A stretch of 64,000 nt of DNA from Craspedostauros australis (Eukaryota), in the NCBI GenBank assembly GCA_030167865.1, contig JALAGF010004655.1:1-64000 (forward strand), read 5' to 3'. Shown here piece after piece: positions 45,759 through 56,572 of this stretch (positions are counted from its first letter, which is position 1; every line of letters begins with the position of its first letter). A program made the position numbers and the translations under genes. Under the pieces are notes generated by a model that did not search any database, was not told the DNA's origin, and saw only the letters and a list, made by a program, of their open reading frames with translations.

Positions 45759-48557
45759 ATGACCGTCTTCAGCGCCGGAAAGAGAAACCATGCTGCCTAC
45801 CTCATCTGCTGCAGCATGCTGTCAGCGCAGTCAGGCACCAGCGGACTGTGGATGGCCGATGCCTTCGTGCCGTCATTCAAATGCAACCGAGCATTCATCA
45901 CATTGCGGCCCGCCATGACGTCAAGCCACAAACGATCTTCACGTTTGTCTCCAGCCAACAGCAGCCGACGATTCCAACCAAGATCGATGCTTCGCATGAC
46001 GGCGGCGGATTCGAACATGGAAGACGCGGACGTCGTCGATGTGCCTGAGCAACAGACGCAACAGAATACCACGACGTCGAACAACTCCAAAGCTGGATCC
46101 AAGTACGGCATAACGATACCAAAGACAATGAAAACATACTCGGCCAAGTTCCTCGAGGGCAACGGTTTGGAAATCGTGTCGGATGATGAGGGACACGTCT
46201 CGGCTGTTCCCGCGGACCAGGTGGAGCCATTATCGGAATCGGAATCGAACGGGGCAGCAGCAGTCAGAAGAGATAGCAATGGCCACATCATCGATGTTCC
46301 TGCCGATGGTACCGGCGCGGTGGAACAACAATCCGCGTCAGGACATACGACAACAGCATCCGCCACAACACTTCCTGCAACTCAACAGGAACAGCATCAT
46401 CAACAGCAGCAGCAACAACAGCAGCAACAGCAGCAACAACTGGGAGCAGAAGAGGACAAGCCGAAGAAGCCGAAATTCTTCAAACGACCTCGCGTCAAGG
46501 AACAGCCAGCACAAATCGTGCCTCAGAGCGGGTTCAACGTCGTGCTCACACATTGCACAGCGGACTTCGATTCCTTGGCGAGCGCCGTGGGCTTGGCCAA
46601 GCTCTGGTCCGCCCAGAACAACAAACTCCAAAACGAGGGCGTTGACAAGTCGCAGTACGACAGCGCCTCCCACCTTCCAACCTTCGTCGTACTGCCGCGC
46701 GGCGCGCATCCCAGCGTCTATCGCTTCCTCGCCTTGCATAAGCACCTCTTCCCCATCCGTTCCTTGAAGTCCCTGCCGGACGATCTCTCGGGTCTCAACC
46801 GGCTGGGACTGGTGGATGCGCAGCGTCGAGATCGCATCGGCCCTGCCGAACCCCTGCTGGAGCACGCCAACCGTGTCACCGTCGTGGATCACCACATAGA
46901 CTCGGACTCCGATATCCCCGAAGCCACGGACTACGTCGTGGACAAGGTCGGCTCCGTGTCATCCCTCATCGTCGAGCGGCTCAGAGATGCCGATCTCGAT
47001 GACGGTCTGACGGAGGCCGAGGCCACCCTGCTGGCGCTTGGCATCCATGCTGATACGGGGTCGTTGGTCTACGATTCCACCACGGCACGCGACGCCGCGG
47101 CTTTGGCATGGCTCATGGAGCAGGGCGCCAGCCAGACCGCGATTGCCGAACATGCCCATTCCTCCCTCAGTGCCGAGCAGCAGGGCGTTCTCACGCAGGC
47201 GCTCATCCACACCAACTCCACCGAAATCCACGGCGTCACCATGTCGACGGTCCTGCTCAAGGCCGACGGCTTCATCAATGGGCTGGCGGCAGTCACGCAG
47301 GATGCGCTCGAACTGAGCAGCTCCGATGTCTACCTCCTCGGCATCGTCTACGAGGCGCGCTCCGGTGGCTCCAAGAAGGGATCCAAACGCAAGCAAGTCT
47401 CGGAGGGCATCCAGTCCCGATTGCTGCAGCCCGTCGGAACCACGACGCTCGATGACGACGGCCAGGACATGGCCAGCGCGGTTGGATACGACGGAGAAGA
47501 CGAGGCCATCCTGCGCAGAAAGCTCAGAGCCGCCTTCGATCGCAGCGACACTGACAAATCGGACTACCTCGACCGTCGCGAACTCACGGCGACCCTGAAT
47601 GCCTCGGGCATCATCGCCTCCGACCAGACCGTCAAGAACTTGATCTCCGTCATGGACACCAACGGCGATGGCAAGATCGATTTTGAGGAATTTGTCGCAT
47701 TCGCCAAGGATGTGGAACGCGAACAAAGTCGCTCCATCGCGACGAAGAAGCGTTCGCTGACGCTCATCATCATCGGACGCGTCAAGGCCGGCATCAACAT
47801 GAAGGCGGTCAACTTGGGGAAGCTGTTTGAAAAGTTCGGCGGCGGCGGACACGCCAAGGCAGCCTCGGCCACAGTTCGGCTCAACGATGAAGCCGAAGCC
47901 GATGTCATTATGGAAGGACTCGTCGAGGAGCTCGTGGAAACTAGCCTGAACCAACAGGCCATGGTGGCTGACTTCATGACAGCGCCAGTCCTCAGTGTCA
48001 AGCCGGACATGACGGAGACGCAAGTGGAAGACTTCTTCTCGCGGTACGACGTCCGGGCGCTGCCTGTCGTGGATGACGACAACAACGTGATCGGTTTGGT
48101 ATCGTACAAGGAAGTCGCGGCGGCCAAGCAACGCATGTGGAACAAGGAGCAGAAACGTGTGCGCCGTCTGCAGCAGCAGCAGGATGATGCCAAGAAGAAG
48201 GGCAAGCCCATGTCAGACGAAGAGATCGAAGAGGCCCACCGGATTTCGGATGAACGCCGCAAACGTGGTTCGACGGTGAAGGGCTGGATGAAGCAGCACG
48301 TGACAGTCGCGGAGATGAGCATGACCATGCCGCAGGTAGAAGGGATGCTGCTGGCCAACGATGTCGGTTGCATTCCCGTGGTGGCCGATGGGACCAAGCA
48401 GCTGATGGGCATGGTGACACGCACGGATCTGTTGCGGCAGCATCGGTACTATTCGACCTTGCACTACCACAACAAGGGATTCAGCGATTCCATCGCATTG
48501 CGTCAACCGATCATCAACCTTCGCAAGCGTCTGAAGAAGTTCGATCTGGATGATTGA
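45759..48557 (+). CDS. Plastid-targeted DHH/DHHA1 phosphoesterase with inserted EF-hand pair and C-terminal CBS pair
   Basis: ADAFVP presequence; THCTADFDSL, LVDAQ, VVDHH, GIHADTG; EF loops DTDKSDYLDRRE and DTNGDGKIDFEE; GGGGHAKAAS; two CBS repeats (ALPVVD..IGLVS; CIPVV..GMVTRTDLL). Confidence 0.88.
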   Translation: MTVFSAGKRNHAAYLICCSMLSAQSGTSGLWMADAFVPSFKCNRAFITLRPAMTSSHKRSSRLSPANSSRRFQPRSMLRMTAADSNMEDADVVDVPEQQTQQNTTTSNNSKAGSKYGITIPKTMKTYSAKFLEGNGLEIVSDDEGHVSAVPADQVEPLSESESNGAAAVRRDSNGHIIDVPADGTGAVEQQSASGHTTTASATTLPATQQEQHHQQQQQQQQQQQQQLGAEEDKPKKPKFFKRPRVKEQPAQIVPQSGFNVVLTHCTADFDSLASAVGLAKLWSAQNNKLQNEGVDKSQYDSASHLPTFVVLPRGAHPSVYRFLALHKHLFPIRSLKSLPDDLSGLNRLGLVDAQRRDRIGPAEPLLEHANRVTVVDHHIDSDSDIPEATDYVVDKVGSVSSLIVERLRDADLDDGLTEAEATLLALGIHADTGSLVYDSTTARDAAALAWLMEQGASQTAIAEHAHSSLSAEQQGVLTQALIHTNSTEIHGVTMSTVLLKADGFINGLAAVTQDALELSSSDVYLLGIVYEARSGGSKKGSKRKQVSEGIQSRLLQPVGTTTLDDDGQDMASAVGYDGEDEAILRRKLRAAFDRSDTDKSDYLDRRELTATLNASGIIASDQTVKNLISVMDTNGDGKIDFEEFVAFAKDVEREQSRSIATKKRSLTLIIIGRVKAGINMKAVNLGKLFEKFGGGGHAKAASATVRLNDEAEADVIMEGLVEELVETSLNQQAMVADFMTAPVLSVKPDMTETQVEDFFSRYDVRALPVVDDDNNVIGLVSYKEVAAAKQRMWNKEQKRVRRLQQQQDDAKKKGKPMSDEEIEEAHRISDERRKRGSTVKGWMKQHVTVAEMSMTMPQVEGMLLANDVGCIPVVADGTKQLMGMVTRTDLLRQHRYYSTLHYHNKGFSDSIALRQPIINLRKRLKKFDLDD

Positions 48558-49090
48558 TAGGTACTCTCAACTGTTCTCTCGACTACTCTCTAGATTACTC
48601 GTAATTGATAGAGGCTTCCGCAATCTGATCTACTCGTACGTACCAGCACGCACCGCACGAAACGGTACAGAACAGTCCTATTCGTCATCCGACTATGGAT
48701 AGAATGAAGGACGACTACATCTGATGGTCAGTGCCGCTTTTGTTTCACTGAAGATCTTGTCCACTGTGGAGTGGAGGATTTTGTCCACCTGCGCTTTGGT
48801 CGTACATACGTACATACGAGTATGTTGCATCCTCCTCCAATGACGAATTTGCAACTACTTGAGCAGTTACTCAAGGACGAGACACAGAGAGCGCTCCACA
48901 TGGAATGAATGACAGTGAGCAAAGAGGGAATACTCGTTGGGCCTATCGTTGTATTGAATAATCCAATACATCAGTATTACCCCTTGCTATCCTCGAGGGC
49001 AAATGTTCCCCCACCCATCAAATCAGCGCAAGGCTCAATTCAATTCGCCTGTAGCTGTCGCCTCGTATAGTCGGCCGTAGCTGTGCCGAT

Positions 49091-51610
49091 CTATTTCATC
49101 GCGACCATCCATTCCACTTCTGTGAGGTACTTGACCCGCAGCTGGCGCCGATCGAACCATCGACCGGCAAATTTCGTGGCGCAGGCGCGGGCCCCGTCAA
49201 CCTTTTCGAAGCGCGCGCAGATCTTGCCGCCTGGAACATGCGACAGGACGCGAGACGAAATCAACTTGCCGAATCGGTGCGCCTCATCGTCGAATTCCTC
49301 CTTGAGATCCTGTTCCCAACCATCGTCGGTCTCCTTGTCCCTGTCGTACATGTTGAAGACCATGATTGTTTGAGACAGCGCGCCCGTGATATGATCCATG
49401 GGCGGGGGTGGTGGCGGCAGTCGATTGGTTGTGGGCAACGGCGGCGGGGGAGGTGGTGGGGGTGGCGGCAATCGTGGAGGAGGCGGCGGTGGTGGGATCC
49501 TTGCTGGCATCTGTCCATTCTTCGGCACCGCCTTATTCCAACCAGCGGGCGTGAAAGGCTGCGCGGAGTTGCGCAAGGGCGTGATCACGTTGGTCCCATT
49601 CTTGTGCTTGGCCGCGATGAGCTGCAGCGTCGCCATTGCGCGTTGGACTCTGTCGGATGCATCTGGCGGGAATTCGTTGGATATGCAAGCAGCTGCGTTG
49701 GGGTGGTTGGACTTTTGGCCGGCCCAACCGGTTCTGAGGGAACGACCAAGGAAGGGCTTGTTGGCCATGGTTTTGATGGCGAGGTTGGCATCTTTTGGGT
49801 TGACGAATGCGAGGAAGGCGTACCCCTTGCTGACGCGCGACACTGGATCGATCTGCAGCATCACCTTCTTGAGCGTCCCGAACTGCGAAAAGACGGCAAA
49901 CAGATGATCCTCCATGACGGAAGGATCGAGGCTCCCGATGTACACCTGCTGGCACCCGAGTGACTGCGGGCCATTGTGCATGGAAGCCAATCGTCTTGGC
50001 GCGTTGCGTCTTGGACCAAGGACGTTGGTCGGTCCTTGCGATTCTGGAAAGGCCTTTCTCCCTTCCTCCATGGTCTTGACGAGCAAGGGGAATCGTTGGA
50101 AGCCGGGTGCCTTGTCCGAGAGCGCGATCGCCCGTTTGACATCTTCCATCGATGCCATCTCTACATGCGCGAGTCCTTTGTGCTGGTCCTTCCCCCTGTC
50201 GCACAGCATGGTGACCTGGACGACGGCGCAGTTGTGCTTGGAGAAGAAGTCGTGAAGGTTGTGTTCCTTGGTGCGCATGACAAGCTGCGCGACCAGAACG
50301 GTGCGCTGATCCTGCGAGAAGTCTGAATCAATCTTTGGCGGTTGGTGTTCTTTGGAAGATCGGCTGCCATGCCGCGAGGAGTGGGTGCGTCTGCGCTTCC
50401 TGGTGCGTCGCGATGCATCCGAGCCGGACGATGACGCTGACGATCTGGAGTGGACCGATTCGTCAGATGAGGAGTAATCGTCGCGATCCGATTCCCTGGA
50501 TGAGTACGAGTGCGATCGATTGCGTTTGGAGTGGGAGATGGGCGATGGTGAGAGACGACGGTGCCGATCGTAGGATCTGGAGCGCGATCTCGATCTCGAC
50601 CGCGAGGGCGATCTGGAGCGTGACCTCGATCTGGAGCGTGAATTGGAAACAGACCTGGATCTTCTCCTCGCCTCCGACTTCGTTCTCGACGTGGATCTTG
50701 GCCTGGATCGAGATTGTGATCGTGAACGTGACCTACTGCGCGACCTTGGCCGCGAGTGGCTGTGAGCGTGCTTGCGTTGATTGTCACGTTTTGCGCTTCT
50801 GCCCCTGCGATTGTGCTCGTCACCACGATGCCTCGAGCGGGACCGTGATCCTCCACCGGACCTGGATCTCGATCTAGGACGACTGCGGCTACGGCTACGA
50901 CTGTGACTTCGAGGGCGGTTGCGGTAACCTCGGGGAGACGCAGTGCGCGATCTGGACCGCGATCTGGACATGGATCTCGTGCGTGACCGATCTCTCGATG
51001 ATCTGCTCCTGCTGGACGACGATGGACGTGCTGGGTCCTGGCAGCTGCCTTTGTGGCGATGCTGTTGGTGCGATGATGCATGATGCGATGAGTGGTGTGA
51101 CTGGTGCTGCGGTTGACGATGCGGATAGGAGTGCCCGTGGGAATGCGCATGTCCATGCGGGTGCTGTTGTTGGTGGGCATGACGATGATGTCGATGCGGT
51201 TGCTGATGATGGTGGGCATGTGAGCCACGCGGTCCACCCCAACCAGGAGCTGGTCCTCCTCGATGGTGCATTGGCTGAGATGGCTTGCGAGTCGCATCTC
51301 CAGACCGATCGGCGTGAGCATCGGCAGGGTAATCGTAGTACCCCCCATGTTCTTTGTCAGGAGCCCTCCGGTCAGCGTTGGGCTTCTGCATGTAGGGTGA
51401 TGGCCGGGCGCAGTCTTCGGGCGGCGACGATGATGATGGAGGCGATGACACCGACCCACGAGACGCCAAGTGAGGCGGAGGAAGGGATCCTCCTCCTGGG
51501 CGGCCTCCACTCCCTCGCAGCGGAGGTGGTGCGTGGCGGTACATCTCAACACTCCTATCGATGCTCGTACCGATGCTGTTGCGACGGGAGGCGGTGTCGA
51601 ATGAAGCCAC
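49091..51610 (-). CDS. RBM39/CAPER-like splicing factor (RS domain, 2 RRMs, C-terminal UHM)
   Basis: Long RS region; DQRTVLVAQL RRM1; VYIGSL..SKGYAFL RRM2; NMYD..E..W..DLKEE..FG..GRWFD UHM. Confidence 0.85.
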   Translation of the reverse strand: MASFDTASRRNSIGTSIDRSVEMYRHAPPPLRGSGGRPGGGSLPPPHLASRGSVSSPPSSSSPPEDCARPSPYMQKPNADRRAPDKEHGGYYDYPADAHADRSGDATRKPSQPMHHRGGPAPGWGGPRGSHAHHHQQPHRHHRHAHQQQHPHGHAHSHGHSYPHRQPQHQSHHSSHHASSHQQHRHKGSCQDPARPSSSSRSRSSRDRSRTRSMSRSRSRSRTASPRGYRNRPRSHSRSRSRSRPRSRSRSGGGSRSRSRHRGDEHNRRGRSAKRDNQRKHAHSHSRPRSRSRSRSRSQSRSRPRSTSRTKSEARRRSRSVSNSRSRSRSRSRSPSRSRSRSRSRSYDRHRRLSPSPISHSKRNRSHSYSSRESDRDDYSSSDESVHSRSSASSSGSDASRRTRKRRRTHSSRHGSRSSKEHQPPKIDSDFSQDQRTVLVAQLVMRTKEHNLHDFFSKHNCAVVQVTMLCDRGKDQHKGLAHVEMASMEDVKRAIALSDKAPGFQRFPLLVKTMEEGRKAFPESQGPTNVLGPRRNAPRRLASMHNGPQSLGCQQVYIGSLDPSVMEDHLFAVFSQFGTLKKVMLQIDPVSRVSKGYAFLAFVNPKDANLAIKTMANKPFLGRSLRTGWAGQKSNHPNAAACISNEFPPDASDRVQRAMATLQLIAAKHKNGTNVITPLRNSAQPFTPAGWNKAVPKNGQMPARIPPPPPPPRLPPPPPPPPPPLPTTNRLPPPPPPMDHITGALSQTIMVFNMYDRDKETDDGWEQDLKEEFDDEAHRFGKLISSRVLSHVPGGKICARFEKVDGARACATKFAGRWFDRRQLRVKYLTEVEWMVAMK

Positions 51611-51690
51611 TGCTTTCTTTGAGTGGCAAGCAGTCGCAGTCAGCGATTGCCTCCGTCTTCACTGCTGCCTCCGGGCGCCTTCTTGTGTGG

Positions 51691-51802
51691 AGTATCGACT
51701 GTCGACTGTCGACTGTCGACAATGGACTATCCAGTGTGGAGGATCGACTATGGACTATCGAGTATCGACTATCCTTTATCGACAATGGACTGTCCAGTAT
51801 TG
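51691..51802. repeat. Degenerate 7-bp minisatellite, 16 units, consensus A(C/G)T(A/G)T(C/G)G
   Basis: AGTATCG ACTGTCG ACTGTCG ACTGTCG ACAATGG ACTATCC ... in unbroken 7-nt register. Confidence 0.9.
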
Positions 51803-52696
51803 TATGCGTCCTTTCCCACAATATCCAGCAAGAATGGAGCAGTTCCAAGGAGGATGGCGTCTGCTGCAATCGAAGCAGTTGGTTGCGCGCAACCTTAGCG
51901 TCCTCTCCCCGCGTTCTGCCCGTCCGACCTGTCCTGTTCTTCCTGGTGCTGTTCCTCTTGTTTTATTATATGTTCCACCAACACCAAAGATTAACCACCA
52001 AACATTAACCAACAAAGATCAACCACCAAAGCCTTTCCGTAACACTCCAATACCAGCACTCTCGAGCCAAGGGCCAACACCGATTCTGCAAATACGATTC
52101 TGTCGGACGCTCCTCTGCTCCTCCTAATGTTTGTGGCCATGACAGACACCAGAACAAAAACTCGCGGGCGTCTTCCGGAAAACAAAAACAAGCGCAACGA
52201 AAAGGAAACAAAGTGCCGTTTCCGACACCAACCAAACTGGACCAAGATCGTCATTTTTTGGCGGTATCCAAGCCTCTGCAGCGATACGCCGGTCAGACGG
52301 GTCTTGTGTTGCAGACATATTCGTGAATCAAGTCGCCAAACAAGCAATCTCCCACCATTGACTCGATGGACTACCAATTCGATCACAGAGTCCCATAACC
52401 AGTTGGATGAAAACCCAACCATCTCGGAAACTGCGAGAAAGCAAAAAAGTGAGGACAAACCAACCCATCACGATTTCCGCGAAGCGCTGGTTGCTCACGA
52501 GCTACGGCTTTCGTGGGCAGAACACAATGAGTGGTGCGAATCTGTACTATACTCTGCAACAAACCGAGACGAGGACTGATATTGCGTCCATCATCTATCC
52601 GCATATTGCAGTATAGTATTATATAGTATAGTGCCATACTATTATTGCCAACAACATCGTGGATCATAGGAGAAAGAATCGACTGCAAACGCAAGG

Positions 52697-55600
52697 ATGG
52701 TGCGCAAGCGGTTGGACGACCGCGTCCGCGCCTTGATCGAGCGCGGCGTCGTGACGGGGGAGCGGTCCATGCTGGTGCTCGTGGGCGATCATGGCAAGGA
52801 TCAGGTGCCCAACCTGCATCAGATCCTCACCCGCACCACCATCCAGCAACGACCCAACGTGCTGTGGTGCTACAAGAAGGATCTAGGCTTCTCCACGCAT
52901 CGCAAGAAGCGCATGAAGAAGCTGCGTCGCGACAAATCGCGCGGACTCTCCAGCAACGCCTCCCTCGCGGATCAGGCCGACAACTTCGAGCTATTCGTGT
53001 CGGGAACGGACATCTCCTGGTGCTACTACAGGGACTCCCACCGCGTGCTGGGCACCACCGTCGGCATGCTGGTGCTGCAGGACTTTGAGGCCCTCACGCC
53101 CAACCTCATGGCCCGCACCATCGAGACGGTGCGCGGTGGCGGCCTGGTCATCTTCCTCATGCGCACCGTCAAGTCGCTCAAGCAGCTCTACGCCATGAGC
53201 ATGGACGTTCACGCACGCTACCGCACGGAATCGGCGGGAGACGTCGTGCCGCGCTTCAACGAACGATTCATCCTTTCCTTGGCCAAGTGTCAGAATTGTC
53301 TGGTCTGCGATGACGAGCTCAACGTGCTGCCCTTGTCGAAGCGCACCCTGCAGCGGTTGAATCCCAAGGCGTTGGAGAAGGGCGAAGCCGGCGAGGTCGT
53401 CGTGCGGGAGACGCCCGAGGAGGCGGAACTCAGGGACCTCAAGCAATCCCTCATCGACACGCCGCACGTGGGGGTGCTCGTGGACCTGGCCAAGACCCTG
53501 GACCAGGCCAAGGCGCTGCTCGTCTTCCTGGAGGCGTGTTCCGAAAAGACGACCAAGTCGACAGTTGCCATGACGGCGGCTCGTGGCCGTGGCAAATCAG
53601 CTGCCATGGGTCTGTGCCTCGCCGGCGCCATCTCGCTCGGTTACTCCACCCTGGCAGTCACGGCACCGGCACCGGAGAATCTTGTCAGCGTCTTTGACTT
53701 TCTTTGCCGTGGTCTGAAGGCGCTCAAGTACCAGGAGCACATGGATTACAACATCACGTACAATAATGCATCAGGCAGGGAGCAGACGAAGTGCATCATC
53801 GCCATCCATCTGCATCGCAGCCACAGGCAGGTCATACAGTACATCTCACCGGATGAGAAGGACAAGTTCACGTCAGCGGAGATCGTTGCCATCGACGAGG
53901 CTGCAGCCATTCCATTGCCGATCGTGCGGACGCTCATGCACCAGCCGGACCGTCTCACCTTTGTCAGTTCCACCGTCAACGGCTACGAGGGCACGGGACG
54001 TGCGCTCAGCCTGAAGTTGATCAAGGAGCTGCGAGAAAGCAAGGGAGGTCGGTCGGCGGAGCTGTCGGTTGCCAACGCGGCAGCCAACAGCATCGCCGGA
54101 ACCAGATCCAACAAGGGCCAGGCCAAGACGCATGACAAGCGCTACCAGGCAGCGGCCGCCGCGCTTGTGGATGCGTCCGGCGACAACCTCACGGGGCCGC
54201 TGCGCGAGATCGAGCTCTCCATGCCCATCCGTTACGCCGAAGGTGATGGCATCGAGAGCTGGCTCAACAAGCTCCTCTGCTTGGACTGCGGGTCCAGCGC
54301 GCAGTTGAAGCTGCAGGGAGGTGCACCGGCGCCTGGCGATTGCGAATTGTACAGCGTCGACCGCGACGCCCTCTTCTCCTACCACAAACTCTCCGAATCA
54401 TTCCTGCAGAAGCTCATGGGCCTCTACACCAGCGCGCACTACAAGAACACTCCCAACGATCTGCAAATGCTGTCCGATGCACCATCGCACAAGGTCTTCG
54501 TTCTGCTGTCACCGGCCGCAGAGAAGGATGCGAACTCATTGCCGGATATCCTGGCGGTCGTTCAGGTCGCCTTGGAGGGAAAGATCTCACGACGTGCCGT
54601 CGAAGCGCAGCTGGCGCGTGGTCATCGGTCCGCCGGTGATCTCATCCCGTGGACGATCTCACAGCAGTTCGGCGATTCCAAGTTTGCTCAGCTCAGCGGC
54701 GCTCGTCTTGTGCGAGTTGCGGTTCATCCATCGGTGCAGGGCATGGGATATGGATCGAGAGCGATCGAACAGCTCTATCGATTTTACAACGGCGACATGA
54801 TCTCCTTGGATAACATGGAGGACGATGATGACGAGGACAACAACGACGATGAGAATAATGATGGCGATGATGATGATGACGAAGACTCTGATTACGGCGG
54901 TGGCAATGCCAATGGTAGCAGCAACAAATCCAATGGAAACGGGAAAAAGGGTGGCATCCAAGAAGAAAAGGTGGCACCACGAAAGGAGCTCCCGCCGTTG
55001 CTACTTCCATTGACTGACGTCGATGCACCGGCGCTGGATTGGATCGGCACTTCGTTCGGCCTGACGGAGCAGCTGCACAAGTTCTGGAACCGCACAGGCA
55101 TGAAGCTCCTGTACACGAGGCAAACAAAGAACGAGCTCACGGGCGAACACTCTGCGATCATGATCCGCGCCCTGCCAAAGCAGTCCGGGGTTGACGATGC
55201 GTGGCTGGATGCTTTCGTCGCTGACACCAAGCGCCGATTCGTGGCGTTGCTCGGTGGAGCATTCCGCGACATGCCAATTCGCTTGGCCATCTCATCGCTG
55301 GACAACATGACATCGTCGGATGCATCGGCCGGCGACGCCAAGCGTTCTGGCATCAAGCACAGCAAGGTGACGGTCGACGAGCTCACGCAGATGATCACAC
55401 ATCACGATCTGAAGCGCCTGGAGTTGTACGGTCGCAATCTTTGTGATCACCATCTCGTCACCGATCTATTGCCGACAGTGGCCCGACTATTCTTCATGAA
55501 CCGTCTCGGTGACACCTTCAACCTCTCCAGCGTCCAGTCCGCGTTGCTGTGTGGCATCGGATTGCAGAATCGTGATGTCGATTCCATGACGAAGGAGCTG

Positions 55601-56125
55601 GGACTCCCTGCCAACCAAGTCCTCGCGTTGTTCAACAAGGCCATGCGGAAGGTGTCGATCGCCCTCAACGGTGTTGTTGAAGACGAAGAGAAGAAGGCAT
55701 TGCTCGGCGGCGACAAACGTGCCAAGGTGGAAGCCAAGGTCAGCAAGATGCGTGACGTTGCTGGCAAGACGTTGGATGAGGATGCGGCTGACGCTGCCCA
55801 GGATGCCATGGCCGAATTCAACGGCAATGGCAGCAACGGCGCCAACGGAAGGAAGAAGAACAATGTGAAGACTCTGCGTGCGGATGTCGCGAACGACGAG
55901 TCCATCATGCAGTACGCCATCAAGGGGAACGATGAGCAGTGGAGCAAGGTGCTGGACGGAAAGACGTTGGACGGAACTGGAACTGGCACTGTGCAGATAC
56001 AAAGCGTCCGCGACAAGCGCAAGGCCACCGACGAGGATGACTACACCCGTGAGCAGGATGGTGAGCCAACACCAAAGAAGTCGAAGAAGAAGGGTGGCAA
56101 GAAGAAGAACAAAGGAAGACGATAG
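52697..56125 (+). CDS. NAT10: RNA cytidine acetyltransferase NAT10/Kre33
   Basis: VLWCYKKDLGFS, LQDFEALTPNL.ARTIETV.GGG, TAARGRGKSA Walker A, DEAAAIP, HYKN.PNDLQ, GNAT RVAVHP..QGMGYGSR; basic C-terminal NLS. Confidence 0.97.
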   Translation: MVRKRLDDRVRALIERGVVTGERSMLVLVGDHGKDQVPNLHQILTRTTIQQRPNVLWCYKKDLGFSTHRKKRMKKLRRDKSRGLSSNASLADQADNFELFVSGTDISWCYYRDSHRVLGTTVGMLVLQDFEALTPNLMARTIETVRGGGLVIFLMRTVKSLKQLYAMSMDVHARYRTESAGDVVPRFNERFILSLAKCQNCLVCDDELNVLPLSKRTLQRLNPKALEKGEAGEVVVRETPEEAELRDLKQSLIDTPHVGVLVDLAKTLDQAKALLVFLEACSEKTTKSTVAMTAARGRGKSAAMGLCLAGAISLGYSTLAVTAPAPENLVSVFDFLCRGLKALKYQEHMDYNITYNNASGREQTKCIIAIHLHRSHRQVIQYISPDEKDKFTSAEIVAIDEAAAIPLPIVRTLMHQPDRLTFVSSTVNGYEGTGRALSLKLIKELRESKGGRSAELSVANAAANSIAGTRSNKGQAKTHDKRYQAAAAALVDASGDNLTGPLREIELSMPIRYAEGDGIESWLNKLLCLDCGSSAQLKLQGGAPAPGDCELYSVDRDALFSYHKLSESFLQKLMGLYTSAHYKNTPNDLQMLSDAPSHKVFVLLSPAAEKDANSLPDILAVVQVALEGKISRRAVEAQLARGHRSAGDLIPWTISQQFGDSKFAQLSGARLVRVAVHPSVQGMGYGSRAIEQLYRFYNGDMISLDNMEDDDDEDNNDDENNDGDDDDDEDSDYGGGNANGSSNKSNGNGKKGGIQEEKVAPRKELPPLLLPLTDVDAPALDWIGTSFGLTEQLHKFWNRTGMKLLYTRQTKNELTGEHSAIMIRALPKQSGVDDAWLDAFVADTKRRFVALLGGAFRDMPIRLAISSLDNMTSSDASAGDAKRSGIKHSKVTVDELTQMITHHDLKRLELYGRNLCDHHLVTDLLPTVARLFFMNRLGDTFNLSSVQSALLCGIGLQNRDVDSMTKELGLPANQVLALFNKAMRKVSIALNGVVEDEEKKALLGGDKRAKVEAKVSKMRDVAGKTLDEDAADAAQDAMAEFNGNGSNGANGRKKNNVKTLRADVANDESIMQYAIKGNDEQWSKVLDGKTLDGTGTGTVQIQSVRDKRKATDEDDYTREQDGEPTPKKSKKKGGKKKNKGRR

Positions 56126-56572
56126 ACCACCCAACTACGACTACTGCCGTTGATGCATTATAGTTGATTCGTAGGTATTCTATAATACATTCGAGTAGAG
56201 CAGTCAGAATTGTAGTTGAGTCAAATGCGATGCATCCATCCAAAACTATTCCGCAATTTGACAATCCATGATAATGCCATGGCGGGCGTTTGTGAGCAGG
56301 TGTTTATCATTCGCGTACAATGAAGTGGAATGTGTGCGTCCATCGGCATTCCGACCAAATCATCACACAAAGCAACCACAAGATGGGTTGGACATGGACT
56401 CGTATCACTGGACGTGTCGCAACAAGGCACCAAGGCTAAACAGAGAAGGTCAGGGGATCGAAAGAGCCAGTAACAGTCCTTTGCTACTATAATACTATGG
56501 TCGAGTGGAGCGCTGCTCAGAAGCCGACCAAAGGCCGCGCAGTAGCACACACTTCAACCAATGTCATATTGT

